Shown piece after piece: positions 1 through 8,169 of a DNA stretch of 35,788 nt. The translations under genes were made by a program, and so were the position numbers. Below the pieces are notes generated by a model. It saw only the letters and a list, made by a program, of their open reading frames with translations. It made no database searches and had not been told where the DNA came from. Source of the stretch: Legionella sp. (GTDB lineage Bacteria; Pseudomonadota; Gammaproteobacteria; Legionellales; Legionellaceae). The stretch covers positions 1 through 35,788 of the forward strand of contig JBOFJV010000208.1 of NCBI GenBank assembly GCA_051657005.1. Direction: 5' to 3'. Every line of letters begins with the position of its first letter. Positions within the stretch are counted from its first letter, which is position 1.

Positions 1-60
1 CAAAAATAATGCACCGATTGTTCTGATTGATAAGGTATGAGTATGTAATGAAATTGTCTT

Positions 61-93
61 GAGCCCATTGCCTTAGTAGGGCACGATGGGTTC
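61..93. repeat. Imperfect stem-loop (terminator- or REP-like)
   Basis: GAGCCCAT(61-68)/ATGGGTTC(86-93) outer stem plus TGCCTT(69-74)/AGGGCA(78-83) inner stem. No clear U-tract. Confidence 0.35.
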
Positions 94-124
94 TAAATTG
101 GGGGTTGGCCAGGTGACTGGTTAA

Positions 125-247
125 CTCTACCAGCTAAAAGATAAAGATATCTCAGCAAATGGGGATTTATTTAAGCCACTGAACACAGTAACTCTTGATG
201 GAATCATGGATAATAGAGAACAGTTAGTTCGCTGTGAGTTGATGTAA
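125..247 (+). pseudogene. Possible 3' remnant of a degraded gene ending ...EQLVRCELM*
   Basis: Own translation of 125-247: LYQLKDKDISANGDLFKPLNTVTLDGIMDNREQLVRCELM-TAA. The same frame has stops upstream at 38, 74, 77 and 122. Confidence 0.3.
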
Positions 248-371
248 CATCATCTGCTAACACCAGTTTAATATTGGTTTGGTTTAGAGCCAATTGTACT
301 TTCAAATCTCATTGTAAAATCCATAAAACTCCTTTAATTTAATAGATTACACCCTCAAAGGAAGAAAACTC

Positions 372-1814
372 ATGGTGAACATACTTCGCGAGCAACCTCG
401 GGCATGTCACATGATTTTTATGTTGGAATTATGGGAGCGTTTTGGGTTTTATACGGTACAAGGGATTTTGACTTTATTCTTTATTCGTTATTTGGGGTAC
501 AGCGATACGATTTCTTATTATACATTTGGTGCTTATTTTGCTTTAGTTTACGGGATGGTTGTTATAGGTGGATATCTAGGTGGCCGAGTATGAGGCACTA
601 AACATACTATAGTACTTGGTCTGATTGTTTTAGCAGCCGGTTATTTTTCTTTGGCGATCACGGATAAGGAGCATGTATTTTTTGCCCTAGGCTTAATTTG
701 TGTGGGTAATGGCTTATTTAAAGCAAATCCATCCAATTTATTAGCTAAGTGTTATGAAGAAAATGATCCACGTTTGCATGGTGGTTTCACACTCTATTAT
801 ATGGCAATTAATTTAGGGAGTATGATCGCTTTATTTGCAGGCCCTGCTATTTCCAATCGTTATGGTTATTCTTATGCTTATATGATGAGTGCGATTTGGC
901 TACTCATTGGATTGGCTAATTATGGGTTGCAGCATCAATGTGTTGCACACATTAATACTGAAGCGGATCAGCGTAAAATCCCCGTAAGGTATTGGTTCCT
1001 CATTGGTGTCGTGGTGCTTGTTTTAACCGAATTTTCTGCACATTTGCTGCAACATGTACTGCGTGCAAAAAATTTATTTTGGCTGATTACTATTGCCGTC
1101 ATTGTTTATTATATTTTTATGATGCGTAAAGAAAATAAAACGACACGAATACGCATGTTTGTTGCTCTGGCGTTGATGTTTGAAGCATTGATCTTTTTTA
1201 CTTTATATCAGCAAATGCCAACGTCGTTGAACTTATTTGCAGTACATAATGTAATTCCTGTGTTTTTTGGCGTGGCAATCGATGCCCAAAGTTTTCAAGC
1301 CTTAAATCCTATCTGGATTGTCTTGATGAGCCCTATGTTGGCTTATTTTTATGATCGCCTTAATAAAAAAGGAATTACATTCTCTATTCCTTACAAGTTT
1401 TCTTTGGGAATGACCATGTGTGGAATAAGTTTTTTAATGCTCTTTTTTGCGCGTTATTTTTATACGGACCATGGCATGGTTTCTTCCTGGTGGTTAATTA
1501 TAAGTTATTTATTTCAAAGTCTTGGTGAATTATTAGTCTCAGCACTTGGTGTGGCTATGTTTTCCGAACTCGTACCGTCACAAATAGTGGGTTTTGTAAT
1601 GGGGATGTGGTTTTTAACTTCGGCTATCGCTGGATTTATAGGGGCTTACGTTGCCTCCTATACCGCTCTTCCAGAACACATTAAACCTGGCGTCGCATCG
1701 TTGATGATTTATCCTCATGTGTTTGCTTGCATTGGGCTGGTCACTTTATTTATTGCACTCTTGATGTGGTTATTATCGCCGCGATTAAGCCGTTATATTG
1801 CTGTAAAAAATTAG
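372..1814 (+). pseudogene. dtpA: Proton-dependent oligopeptide transporter (POT/PTR, DtpA/TppB-like) interrupted by in-frame TGA at 591-593
   Basis: ORFs 372-593 and 651-1814 are in the same frame. ExxERF motif (ELWERFGFY), PTR2 signature GNGLFKANPSNLL, and FFTLYQQMPTSLN and FQALNPIWI motifs are present. Read-through gives GGYLGGRV*GTKHTIVLG where the family has GDKVLGTKR. Confidence 0.88.
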
Positions 1815-1936
1815 ATCCACAGCAAGAGGTAAAAGAGGTTGAATATTCTGTAGCGAATTGTTTTGTTCCACATGTTGGATTGAATGAATCAAATTGAATA
1901 ATAAGAAATTCTGTCATGAAAAAGGTAGGTTTAATT

Positions 1937-1970
1937 TAGACCTCTTTCAGTGAATCACGAAAGAGGTATA
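1937..1970. repeat. 34-bp palindrome with MITE/RPE-like termini; probably also a bidirectional terminator between convergent genes
   Basis: TAGACCTCTTTC(1937-1948)-AGTGAATCAC-GAAAGAGGTATA(1959-1970): 11/12 inverted match, TA at both ends. Confidence 0.55.
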
Positions 1971-1971
1971 T

Positions 1972-2274
1972 TCACCCAGCACAATTTAAATTAACTGAGT
2001 AAGGTTTTATCTCCGACCACGGCCAACCACCGTGCCAGCCACCGCCTCGCCAACTGCTGCGATGCCAACCACTGTGCCAACCGCCACCACGCCAACCACG
2101 ACCACCCCAGCCCCAGCCACAGTGATGACCACAGCCACCACCACAACCAGAGTAATAATAGTTGCTTGGATAATAGCCAGCGTAATAATAGCTTCCTGGA
2201 TAGGAAGTAACATAACAACCACTTAAAAGCAGTGTGGGTACAAACACCAATAATGAGATAATCAATTTTTTCAT
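1972..2274 (-). CDS. Small Tyr/Gly/Trp/His-rich lipoprotein, probably frameshifted near the C-terminus (ancestral stop likely TAA at 2009-2007)
   Basis: MKK, hydrophobic core and lipobox LSGC. GAGG RBS upstream. Tyr-rich segment followed by GGW(R/H)G repeats. Confidence 0.75.
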   Translation of the reverse strand: MKKLIISLLVFVPTLLLSGCYVTSYPGSYYYAGYYPSNYYYSGCGGGCGHHCGWGWGGRGWRGGGWHSGWHRSSWRGGGWHGGWPWSEIKPYSVNLNCAG

Positions 2275-2493
2275 AATCTCTTCCTCGTTTAATGTTCGTC
2301 CAATAATTATGCGTCATGATCCAATGTTAATCAAAAAATAAATTTTTGATGCAATTCGTTGTTTTATAACAAAGCTTTTGCTTCTTTATAACGAAGATTT
2401 AAGTGGCATAAATTGAATAATCAATGTCCATTTAGAAGGATTTTGGTGTAACATTGTCTGTTGCAATAAAGCTAAAGTTTAAAGTGACATTGA

Positions 2494-3732
2494 ATGAATC
2501 TTGAAATCAGTAAGAGCACGCAGAAATTACTAAAAAAATATTGGAAAGCATGCGGTATTCGACGCAATGCACGCTCCTCTCTTTCTTCATTGGCTGATCT
2601 TGATACTTTATTGTCATGGCTATCTGATGAGCATCCACAGCCCCATATCAAGTCAAAAGAAAAAAAACAACATATTGAGTTTCTCCTTGTATCTTTGCGC
2701 GCTGAATTATTAAACGACTTGTATTCATCAATGCATGGTGATGAGGAGGCCGAAAAAGAGAAGCGAGCAAAAGATACGTCAGGAATGGGAAAAATTAAAT
2801 TTTCCTTACTCACTGCTGCGGGCATTTTAGTAGCCGCATGCCAGGGGTTTGATGGAATTGTGACCATGCTCAGTATTTTCACGTTACCTTCTGCCATTAT
2901 CCTTGGCGCAGGATTTCTTTTTTCACTGTTTTCTATAGCTGTTTTTTGTGGATTTGATTTAGTAAAAGTATCGAATAGCCTGGGGGTGAAACTCAGTGAT
3001 TCGTACAAACTATTAGACGCTTATTTATTGCAATTACAACAAATTAAAGCGATAAGAAAAAGAATCGAGGAGTATCGTCTTGCGGAGTTATCTGAAAGGG
3101 ATTTAAAGCAGATGGAGCTCATTGTTTCTATGTTGCAAAAACGCTTTGAATCCCTGAGTAAGGCAGGCAAGCAATTTGATGAAGCGCTAAATAGCGATAA
3201 CATGCAAATGGCTAAAACGTTGATGAGCGTAATCTCTGCGCTATTGTTTTTTGGAGGTGGTTTTTTTGCCGGACAATCAGTTGCTCTTTTTGTTGCAAGT
3301 CTCGTTATTAATCCTGTAATACCTGCATTTTGGCCGGTTATTATTTTTAGTACGGTGGTAGGACTCGCTGCGCTAAGTATTTATTGGTATGTAGAGCGCC
3401 CCGGATTAAATAAGCTTGTAAGCAGTTGGTTTGGTCTGAATGCTGAGAGTGTGGAGCAGTTATGTGATAATGATTTGCTTGTCGAAGAGGAAAAAAAGTT
3501 AAAGAGCTTGAAAGGAAAAATAACAAGTACGGCCCAATTGACCAATAAAGTAGTGCAATTAGCGCAACGATTGATGTACAGCGATGTTACTGATGAATCA
3601 TTGCAGCCACAAATCGTTTTTGATACACGAGCGAGCGCTAATTTTTATTCATTTCTCAAACCACCAGGCTTAGTGCAAAAGCCATCTGCTGAAGAAGAGC
3701 ACACTGAGCAAGTAGTGTGTTGTGCCCTGTAG
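2494..3732 (+). CDS. Hypothetical 4-TM/coiled-coil protein with C-terminal CCAL (CaaX); candidate Dot/Icm effector
   Basis: 412-aa ORF with two hydrophobic hairpins, each followed by a heptad-like charged helix. The C-terminus is SAEEEHTEQVVCCAL. Confidence 0.8.
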   Translation: MNLEISKSTQKLLKKYWKACGIRRNARSSLSSLADLDTLLSWLSDEHPQPHIKSKEKKQHIEFLLVSLRAELLNDLYSSMHGDEEAEKEKRAKDTSGMGKIKFSLLTAAGILVAACQGFDGIVTMLSIFTLPSAIILGAGFLFSLFSIAVFCGFDLVKVSNSLGVKLSDSYKLLDAYLLQLQQIKAIRKRIEEYRLAELSERDLKQMELIVSMLQKRFESLSKAGKQFDEALNSDNMQMAKTLMSVISALLFFGGGFFAGQSVALFVASLVINPVIPAFWPVIIFSTVVGLAALSIYWYVERPGLNKLVSSWFGLNAESVEQLCDNDLLVEEEKKLKSLKGKITSTAQLTNKVVQLAQRLMYSDVTDESLQPQIVFDTRASANFYSFLKPPGLVQKPSAEEEHTEQVVCCAL

Positions 3733-3743
3733 TTGTAGTGCGC

Positions 3744-4439
3744 TTAAATATTCAGAATATCTTTTACAAAAGGAATTGTGATTTTTCTCTGCGCTGCAAG
3801 GGAGGCATCATCCAAACGATTCAGTAAATGATGTAAATCATGCATGTTGCGAGAGCATCGGTTTAAGAGAAATTGCCCCACACTTTCGGGTAAGTCAAAG
3901 CCTCTTTTTAAAGCATGGATCTTTAATGTGATAATTTTATCTTCGTCATTTAATTCCATCAATTGAATGACTAAATCCCAACTTAACCGAGAGCGTAAAT
4001 CAGCAAGCTGAATCGGTAGTGTTGTTGGTGATTGATTGCCTGAAATAATCAGTGTGCTTTGATCGGAGTCCTTTATTTTATTGTATAAATGAAATAAAGC
4101 TTCCTCCCAGACAGGATCTTTGGCAATGACGTGAATATTATCAATGCAAATTAATGATTGCTCCTCTAACCCTTCTATGGTTTGTGGTCCCCATTCTTTA
4201 AGCAGGTTTAAAGGCAAGTAGACTGCGGATTGAGTTGAGTGGACTGCTTGGCAACATGCTTGCAATAAATGAGATTTACCACTCCCTGATGTACCCCAAA
4301 GATAAAGTAATCGCTCCTCTTTGTTGGTCAGCATATGGTGCAATTGTTGTTGAAGTAACTTATTGTTTCCCCAATTAAAATCAACAAGGGTTGCCTCATC
4401 GTTTAGTTTTATCGCTAATGCCAACTGCCTGTTCATCAT
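3744..4439 (-). CDS. hda: DnaA regulatory inactivator Hda
   Basis: N-terminal clamp-binding QLAL motif, Walker A GTSGSGKSHLL, CIDNIH Walker B region, DLRSRL, and C-terminal ASLAAQRKITIPFVK. Start placed at ATG 4439, which forms an ATGA overlap with the upstream stop (4436 also possible). Confidence 0.93.
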   Translation of the reverse strand: MMNRQLALAIKLNDEATLVDFNWGNNKLLQQQLHHMLTNKEERLLYLWGTSGSGKSHLLQACCQAVHSTQSAVYLPLNLLKEWGPQTIEGLEEQSLICIDNIHVIAKDPVWEEALFHLYNKIKDSDQSTLIISGNQSPTTLPIQLADLRSRLSWDLVIQLMELNDEDKIITLKIHALKRGFDLPESVGQFLLNRCSRNMHDLHHLLNRLDDASLAAQRKITIPFVKDILNI

Positions 4440-4993
4440 GATGGTTCGTTTTTGGGCCAAGCCTTTCTGCCCCAAGTCCAAATATAATCGATATAAGTGA
4501 TGGCCGTAGTCAATGTGGTCAAACAGAGGATGGTGTTAAGGAGGTAAGGTGGAAACTCAAAATAAGCTAATTCAAATAAACAAAACGTGACGAGAGTCAG
4601 TTGTAATGCTGTATTAATTTTACTTAATAGTGTGGGTTGAAAGTCCAGTTTACGCCGGATGAATTGGTACCAAGCAAGCACTCCTAAAGAGATAGTCAAA
4701 TCTCTAAGAAATACAAGAGCAACCAGCAACCATGGTAATACGCCGATTAAAGCTAAAGAAATAAAACTTGAAGCAATTAACAATTTGTCAGCAAGTGGGT
4801 CAACAAAAGAACCAAAAAAACTTTGCCAATTAAAGCTTCTGGCAAGGAATCCATCCAGACCGTCACTAAGACCTGCTAGAATAAAAATATAAAACGCAGT
4901 CGTATACTCATGCTGATACAAGTAGAATAAAAAAGGAGCGATTAATAATAAACGCAATAAAGTTAGAACATTTGGTAAGTGTTTTAATATCAT
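4436..4993 (-). CDS. CDP-alcohol phosphatidyltransferase (PgsA-like)
   Basis: LPNVLTLLR start and family signature DGLDGFLAR-x5-S-x2-G-x3-DPLADK. Multiple TM helices. Confidence 0.9.
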   Translation of the reverse strand: MILKHLPNVLTLLRLLLIAPFLFYLYQHEYTTAFYIFILAGLSDGLDGFLARSFNWQSFFGSFVDPLADKLLIASSFISLALIGVLPWLLVALVFLRDLTISLGVLAWYQFIRRKLDFQPTLLSKINTALQLTLVTFCLFELAYFEFPPYLLNTILCLTTLTTAITYIDYIWTWGRKAWPKNEPS

Positions 4994-5127
4994 AGGCCAT
5001 ACGATTAATATTAATTACCCCTTAATTTTACCTTGATCCTTCGTGGCATGAACTCGACGAATGGGCTCTTGCAGGGAATATGTTTGCTCAATAATAAAGT
5101 CTAGTGTATACAATACTCGTGGTTCTG

Positions 5128-5403
5128 TCACTTATGTTTGTCTTCATGTTTACGGTATATGATAGCGGTATTACCTATCATTTGCACAAGTTCCGCTTCA
5201 AGTTGTTGACATAACTCATTTGCCATAAGAATACGGTCTTCTTTTTCTGCGCCATTAATTTTAACTTTTATTAATTCATGCGCGAGTAAAGCGATATCTG
5301 TTTCCGCAGTAACGGCCTCAGTGAGTCCTTTGGCACCAAGCAGCACAACTGGCTTTAGATGATGGGCTTGTGCCTTAAGCGATTTTTTGAGTGAATCATC
5401 CAC
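5128..5403 (-). CDS. yhbY: Ribosome assembly RNA-binding protein YhbY (CRM domain)
   Basis: LKAQAHHLKPVV, HELIKVK and VQMIG motifs. Divergent from rlmE as usual. GTG start at 5403 preceded by AAGGA RBS. Confidence 0.93.
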   Translation of the reverse strand: MDDSLKKSLKAQAHHLKPVVLLGAKGLTEAVTAETDIALLAHELIKVKINGAEKEDRILMANELCQQLEAELVQMIGNTAIIYRKHEDKHK

Positions 5404-5543
5404 TGTTATGTTCCTTGAATAAAGCCCCAATGATGCATCATGTAGAGGGCTAAATGATAAAATGGCAAATTATTGCACGTTTTGCTGGGAAAAGGTAGTA
5501 AAATTCAGTATCATAGGTCAAATTGGCATCTATAGATAAATTT

Positions 5544-6164
5544 ATGAAGCGCACTAAAAGCAGTAAACGATGGCTGCAAGAACACTTTGATGATGTATAT
5601 GTAAAAAAAGCACAAGCAGAGGGCTATCGAAGTCGTGCGGTATATAAGCTAAAAGAAGTAGATGATAAAGAGTCATTGCTCAAACCTGGGATGACTGTGG
5701 TCGACCTTGGCGCAGCGCCAGGAGGATGGACTCAGTATGTTTCCGAACGATTACAAGGTCGAGGTAAAATAATCGCGTTAGATATTTTACCTATGGATGC
5801 ACTTCCTGATGTAGACTTTATCCTTGGCGATTTTCGTGAAGATGAAGTGTTGCAACAATTAATTAATTTAATTCCAGAACATGGTGTGGACTTGTTATTA
5901 TCAGATATGGCCCCAAATATGAGTGGCACTATCTCAATTGATATTCCTCGCGCAATGTATTTGGTGGAATTAGCTTTTGATTTTGCAGAAAAAATGTTAA
6001 AACCGGGTGGTACTATGTTAATTAAAATTTTTCATGGCTCTGGTTTTGATGATTTAGTGAAGCAAGCAAGAGCCTCTTTTGAGAAAGTTGTGATTCGTAA
6101 GCCTTTGGCATCACGAGCTCGCTCAAAAGAAACCTATTTGCTGGCAAAGGGATACAATTTATAG
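5544..6164 (+). CDS. rlmE: 23S rRNA Um2552 methyltransferase RlmE (FtsJ/RrmJ)
   Basis: [38 protein letters not shown] and SRARSKETY motifs. ATG at 5544. Confidence 0.97.
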   Translation: MKRTKSSKRWLQEHFDDVYVKKAQAEGYRSRAVYKLKEVDDKESLLKPGMTVVDLGAAPGGWTQYVSERLQGRGKIIALDILPMDALPDVDFILGDFREDEVLQQLINLIPEHGVDLLLSDMAPNMSGTISIDIPRAMYLVELAFDFAEKMLKPGGTMLIKIFHGSGFDDLVKQARASFEKVVIRKPLASRARSKETYLLAKGYNL

Positions 6165-6232
6165 TAACTTTAATGGTCTAAGAATTTTGATCGTACACTA
6201 AAAAGCAATACGTCACTAATGAGGTTAATACT

Positions 6233-8152
6233 TTGAACGACATGGTTAAGAATTTGTTTTTATGGTTGATTATAGCAATAGTGCTAGTCTCCGTTTTCAG
6301 TAATTTTGGCACACGAAATTCGGTTGCTGAGAAACTTTCTTACAGCCAATTTTTGAAAGAAGTTGATCAAGGTATGGTCAATTCAGTGACTATTGAAGAT
6401 GATAAAATCATTAAAGGGATGACCAAAAACAATAAGCGCTTTGTTACCTACATGCCGATGCAAGATAATGCACTTTTAGGTGAGCTTTTAAAAAGCAAAG
6501 TTGATGTAAGCGGTCAAGAAAAACAACAAGAAAGCTTCCTGCTCCATTTATTCATTAATTGGTTCCCCATGCTGCTTTTAATTGGCGTTTGGGTGTTTTT
6601 CATGCGCCAGATGCAAGGTGGTGGAGGCCGAGGAGCTATGTCTTTTGGCCGGTCTCGTGCACGGCTGCTTGGTGAGGATCAAGTCAAGGTTACTTTTGCC
6701 GATGTTGCTGGTGTGGATGAAGCAAAAGAAGAAGTTAAAGAGCTCGTTGACTTTTTGCGTGATCCTACCAAATTCCAAAATCTCGGGGGGCGCATTCCAC
6801 GCGGAGTGTTATTAGTTGGTTCTCCTGGAACAGGTAAAACGCTTTTGGCGCGAGCCGTTGCTGGTGAAGCAAAAGTTCCCTTTTTTACAATTTCTGGTTC
6901 TGATTTTGTTGAAATGTTTGTTGGCGTTGGTGCGTCTCGTGTTCGTGATATGTTTGAGCAAGCTAAAAAACATGCTCCCTGTATTATCTTTATCGATGAA
7001 ATTGATGCAGTGGGTCGTCATCGCGGAGCTGGTCTTGGCGGAGGTCATGACGAGCGCGAACAAACATTAAACCAATTACTTGTTGAGATGGATGGCTTTG
7101 AAGGTAATGAGGGTGTCATTGTTGTCGCGGCAACAAACCGCCCAGATGTTTTAGATCCCGCGTTATTACGTCCAGGTCGTTTTGACCGTCAAGTAGTAGT
7201 TCCTTTGCCCGACATTAGAGGTCGTGAACAAATATTAAGAGTGCATTTGCAAAAAGTTCCAGTAGACGGCAACGTCGACGTTATGGCCATTGCTCGGGGT
7301 ACACCGGGATTTTCTGGAGCTGACTTGGCTAATTTGGTAAATGAAGCTGCTTTGTTTGCTGCACGTTCCAATAAACGCAAAGTTGCTATGATTGAGTTAG
7401 ATAAAGCCAAAGATAAAATCATGATGGGTGCGGAGCGGCGCTCTATGGTAATGGATGATAATGAAAAGAAATTAACCGCTTACCATGAAGCCGGCCACGC
7501 TATTGTTGGTTTGAGTGTTCCCGAGCATGATCCTGTTTATAAAGTTTCAATCATTCCTCGCGGCCGTGCACTTGGCGTGACAATGTTTTTACCAGAACAA
7601 GACAGATACAGTCATAGTAAACGCCGTTTGGAAAGTCAACTATCCAGTTTATTTGGTGGCCGAATTGCAGAAGAACTTATTTTTGGTCCCGAAAGTGTTA
7701 CAACGGGTGCCTCTAATGACATCATGCGTTCTACTGAAATAGCCCGTAAAATGGTTACGACCTGGGGATTATCAACATTGGGGCCACTTACTTTCGGTGA
7801 AGAGGAAGAAGAAGTATTTTTAGGCCGCTCAATGAACAAACATAAGGAAATGTCAGACCGAACAGCACAACAAATTGATGATGAAGTCCGTGCCATTATT
7901 GATAGAAATTATCAACGCGCTAAAGAAATTCTTGTTTCTAATATGGATAAGTTGCATATGATGGCTCAGAGCTTAATTAAATATGAAACCATCGATTACC
8001 AACAAATACAGGAAATTATGTCTGGAAAAGAGCCTTCGCCGCCTGAAGATTGGTTTTCATCAAAACCTCTTGATGGTGCTGAGGTAATTAATAATAAGCC
8101 TGATAAAACTACTGATCATGAAGCAATAATCAATCCTGCTGAAGAGCACTAA
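6233..8152 (+). CDS. ftsH: ATP-dependent zinc metalloprotease FtsH
   Basis: Two N-terminal TMs, Walker [29 protein letters not shown], and HEAGH zinc motif. TTG start with GAGGT RBS. Confidence 0.98.
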   Translation: MNDMVKNLFLWLIIAIVLVSVFSNFGTRNSVAEKLSYSQFLKEVDQGMVNSVTIEDDKIIKGMTKNNKRFVTYMPMQDNALLGELLKSKVDVSGQEKQQESFLLHLFINWFPMLLLIGVWVFFMRQMQGGGGRGAMSFGRSRARLLGEDQVKVTFADVAGVDEAKEEVKELVDFLRDPTKFQNLGGRIPRGVLLVGSPGTGKTLLARAVAGEAKVPFFTISGSDFVEMFVGVGASRVRDMFEQAKKHAPCIIFIDEIDAVGRHRGAGLGGGHDEREQTLNQLLVEMDGFEGNEGVIVVAATNRPDVLDPALLRPGRFDRQVVVPLPDIRGREQILRVHLQKVPVDGNVDVMAIARGTPGFSGADLANLVNEAALFAARSNKRKVAMIELDKAKDKIMMGAERRSMVMDDNEKKLTAYHEAGHAIVGLSVPEHDPVYKVSIIPRGRALGVTMFLPEQDRYSHSKRRLESQLSSLFGGRIAEELIFGPESVTTGASNDIMRSTEIARKMVTTWGLSTLGPLTFGEEEEEVFLGRSMNKHKEMSDRTAQQIDDEVRAIIDRNYQRAKEILVSNMDKLHMMAQSLIKYETIDYQQIQEIMSGKEPSPPEDWFSSKPLDGAEVINNKPDKTTDHEAIINPAEEH

Positions 8153-8169
8153 AATAGTGAGCCAAGCAG

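Noticed and set aside
591-593. TGA recoding (genetic code 4/25 or selenocysteine) in the POT gene
   Set aside because: TGA is the genuine stop of nuoC, nuoH, truB, rpsO and the pgsA-like gene. The position is a family Leu, and no SECIS-like hairpin is evident downstream.
2032-2226. Thr/Pro-rich mucin-like ORF on + strand and the two alternative minus-strand ORFs (1991-2317, 2007-2222)
   Set aside because: These are shadows of the GGT/GGC/TGG repeats of the lipoprotein, which alone has an RBS and signal peptide.
2472-3008. 178-aa antisense ORF
   Set aside because: Fully opposite the 412-aa gene, with no recognisable motif.
5060-5075. GGCTCTTGCAGG resembling an IS end between the pgsA-like gene and yhbY
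   Set aside because: Only 6-7 bp of similarity, with no partner repeat or transposase remnant.
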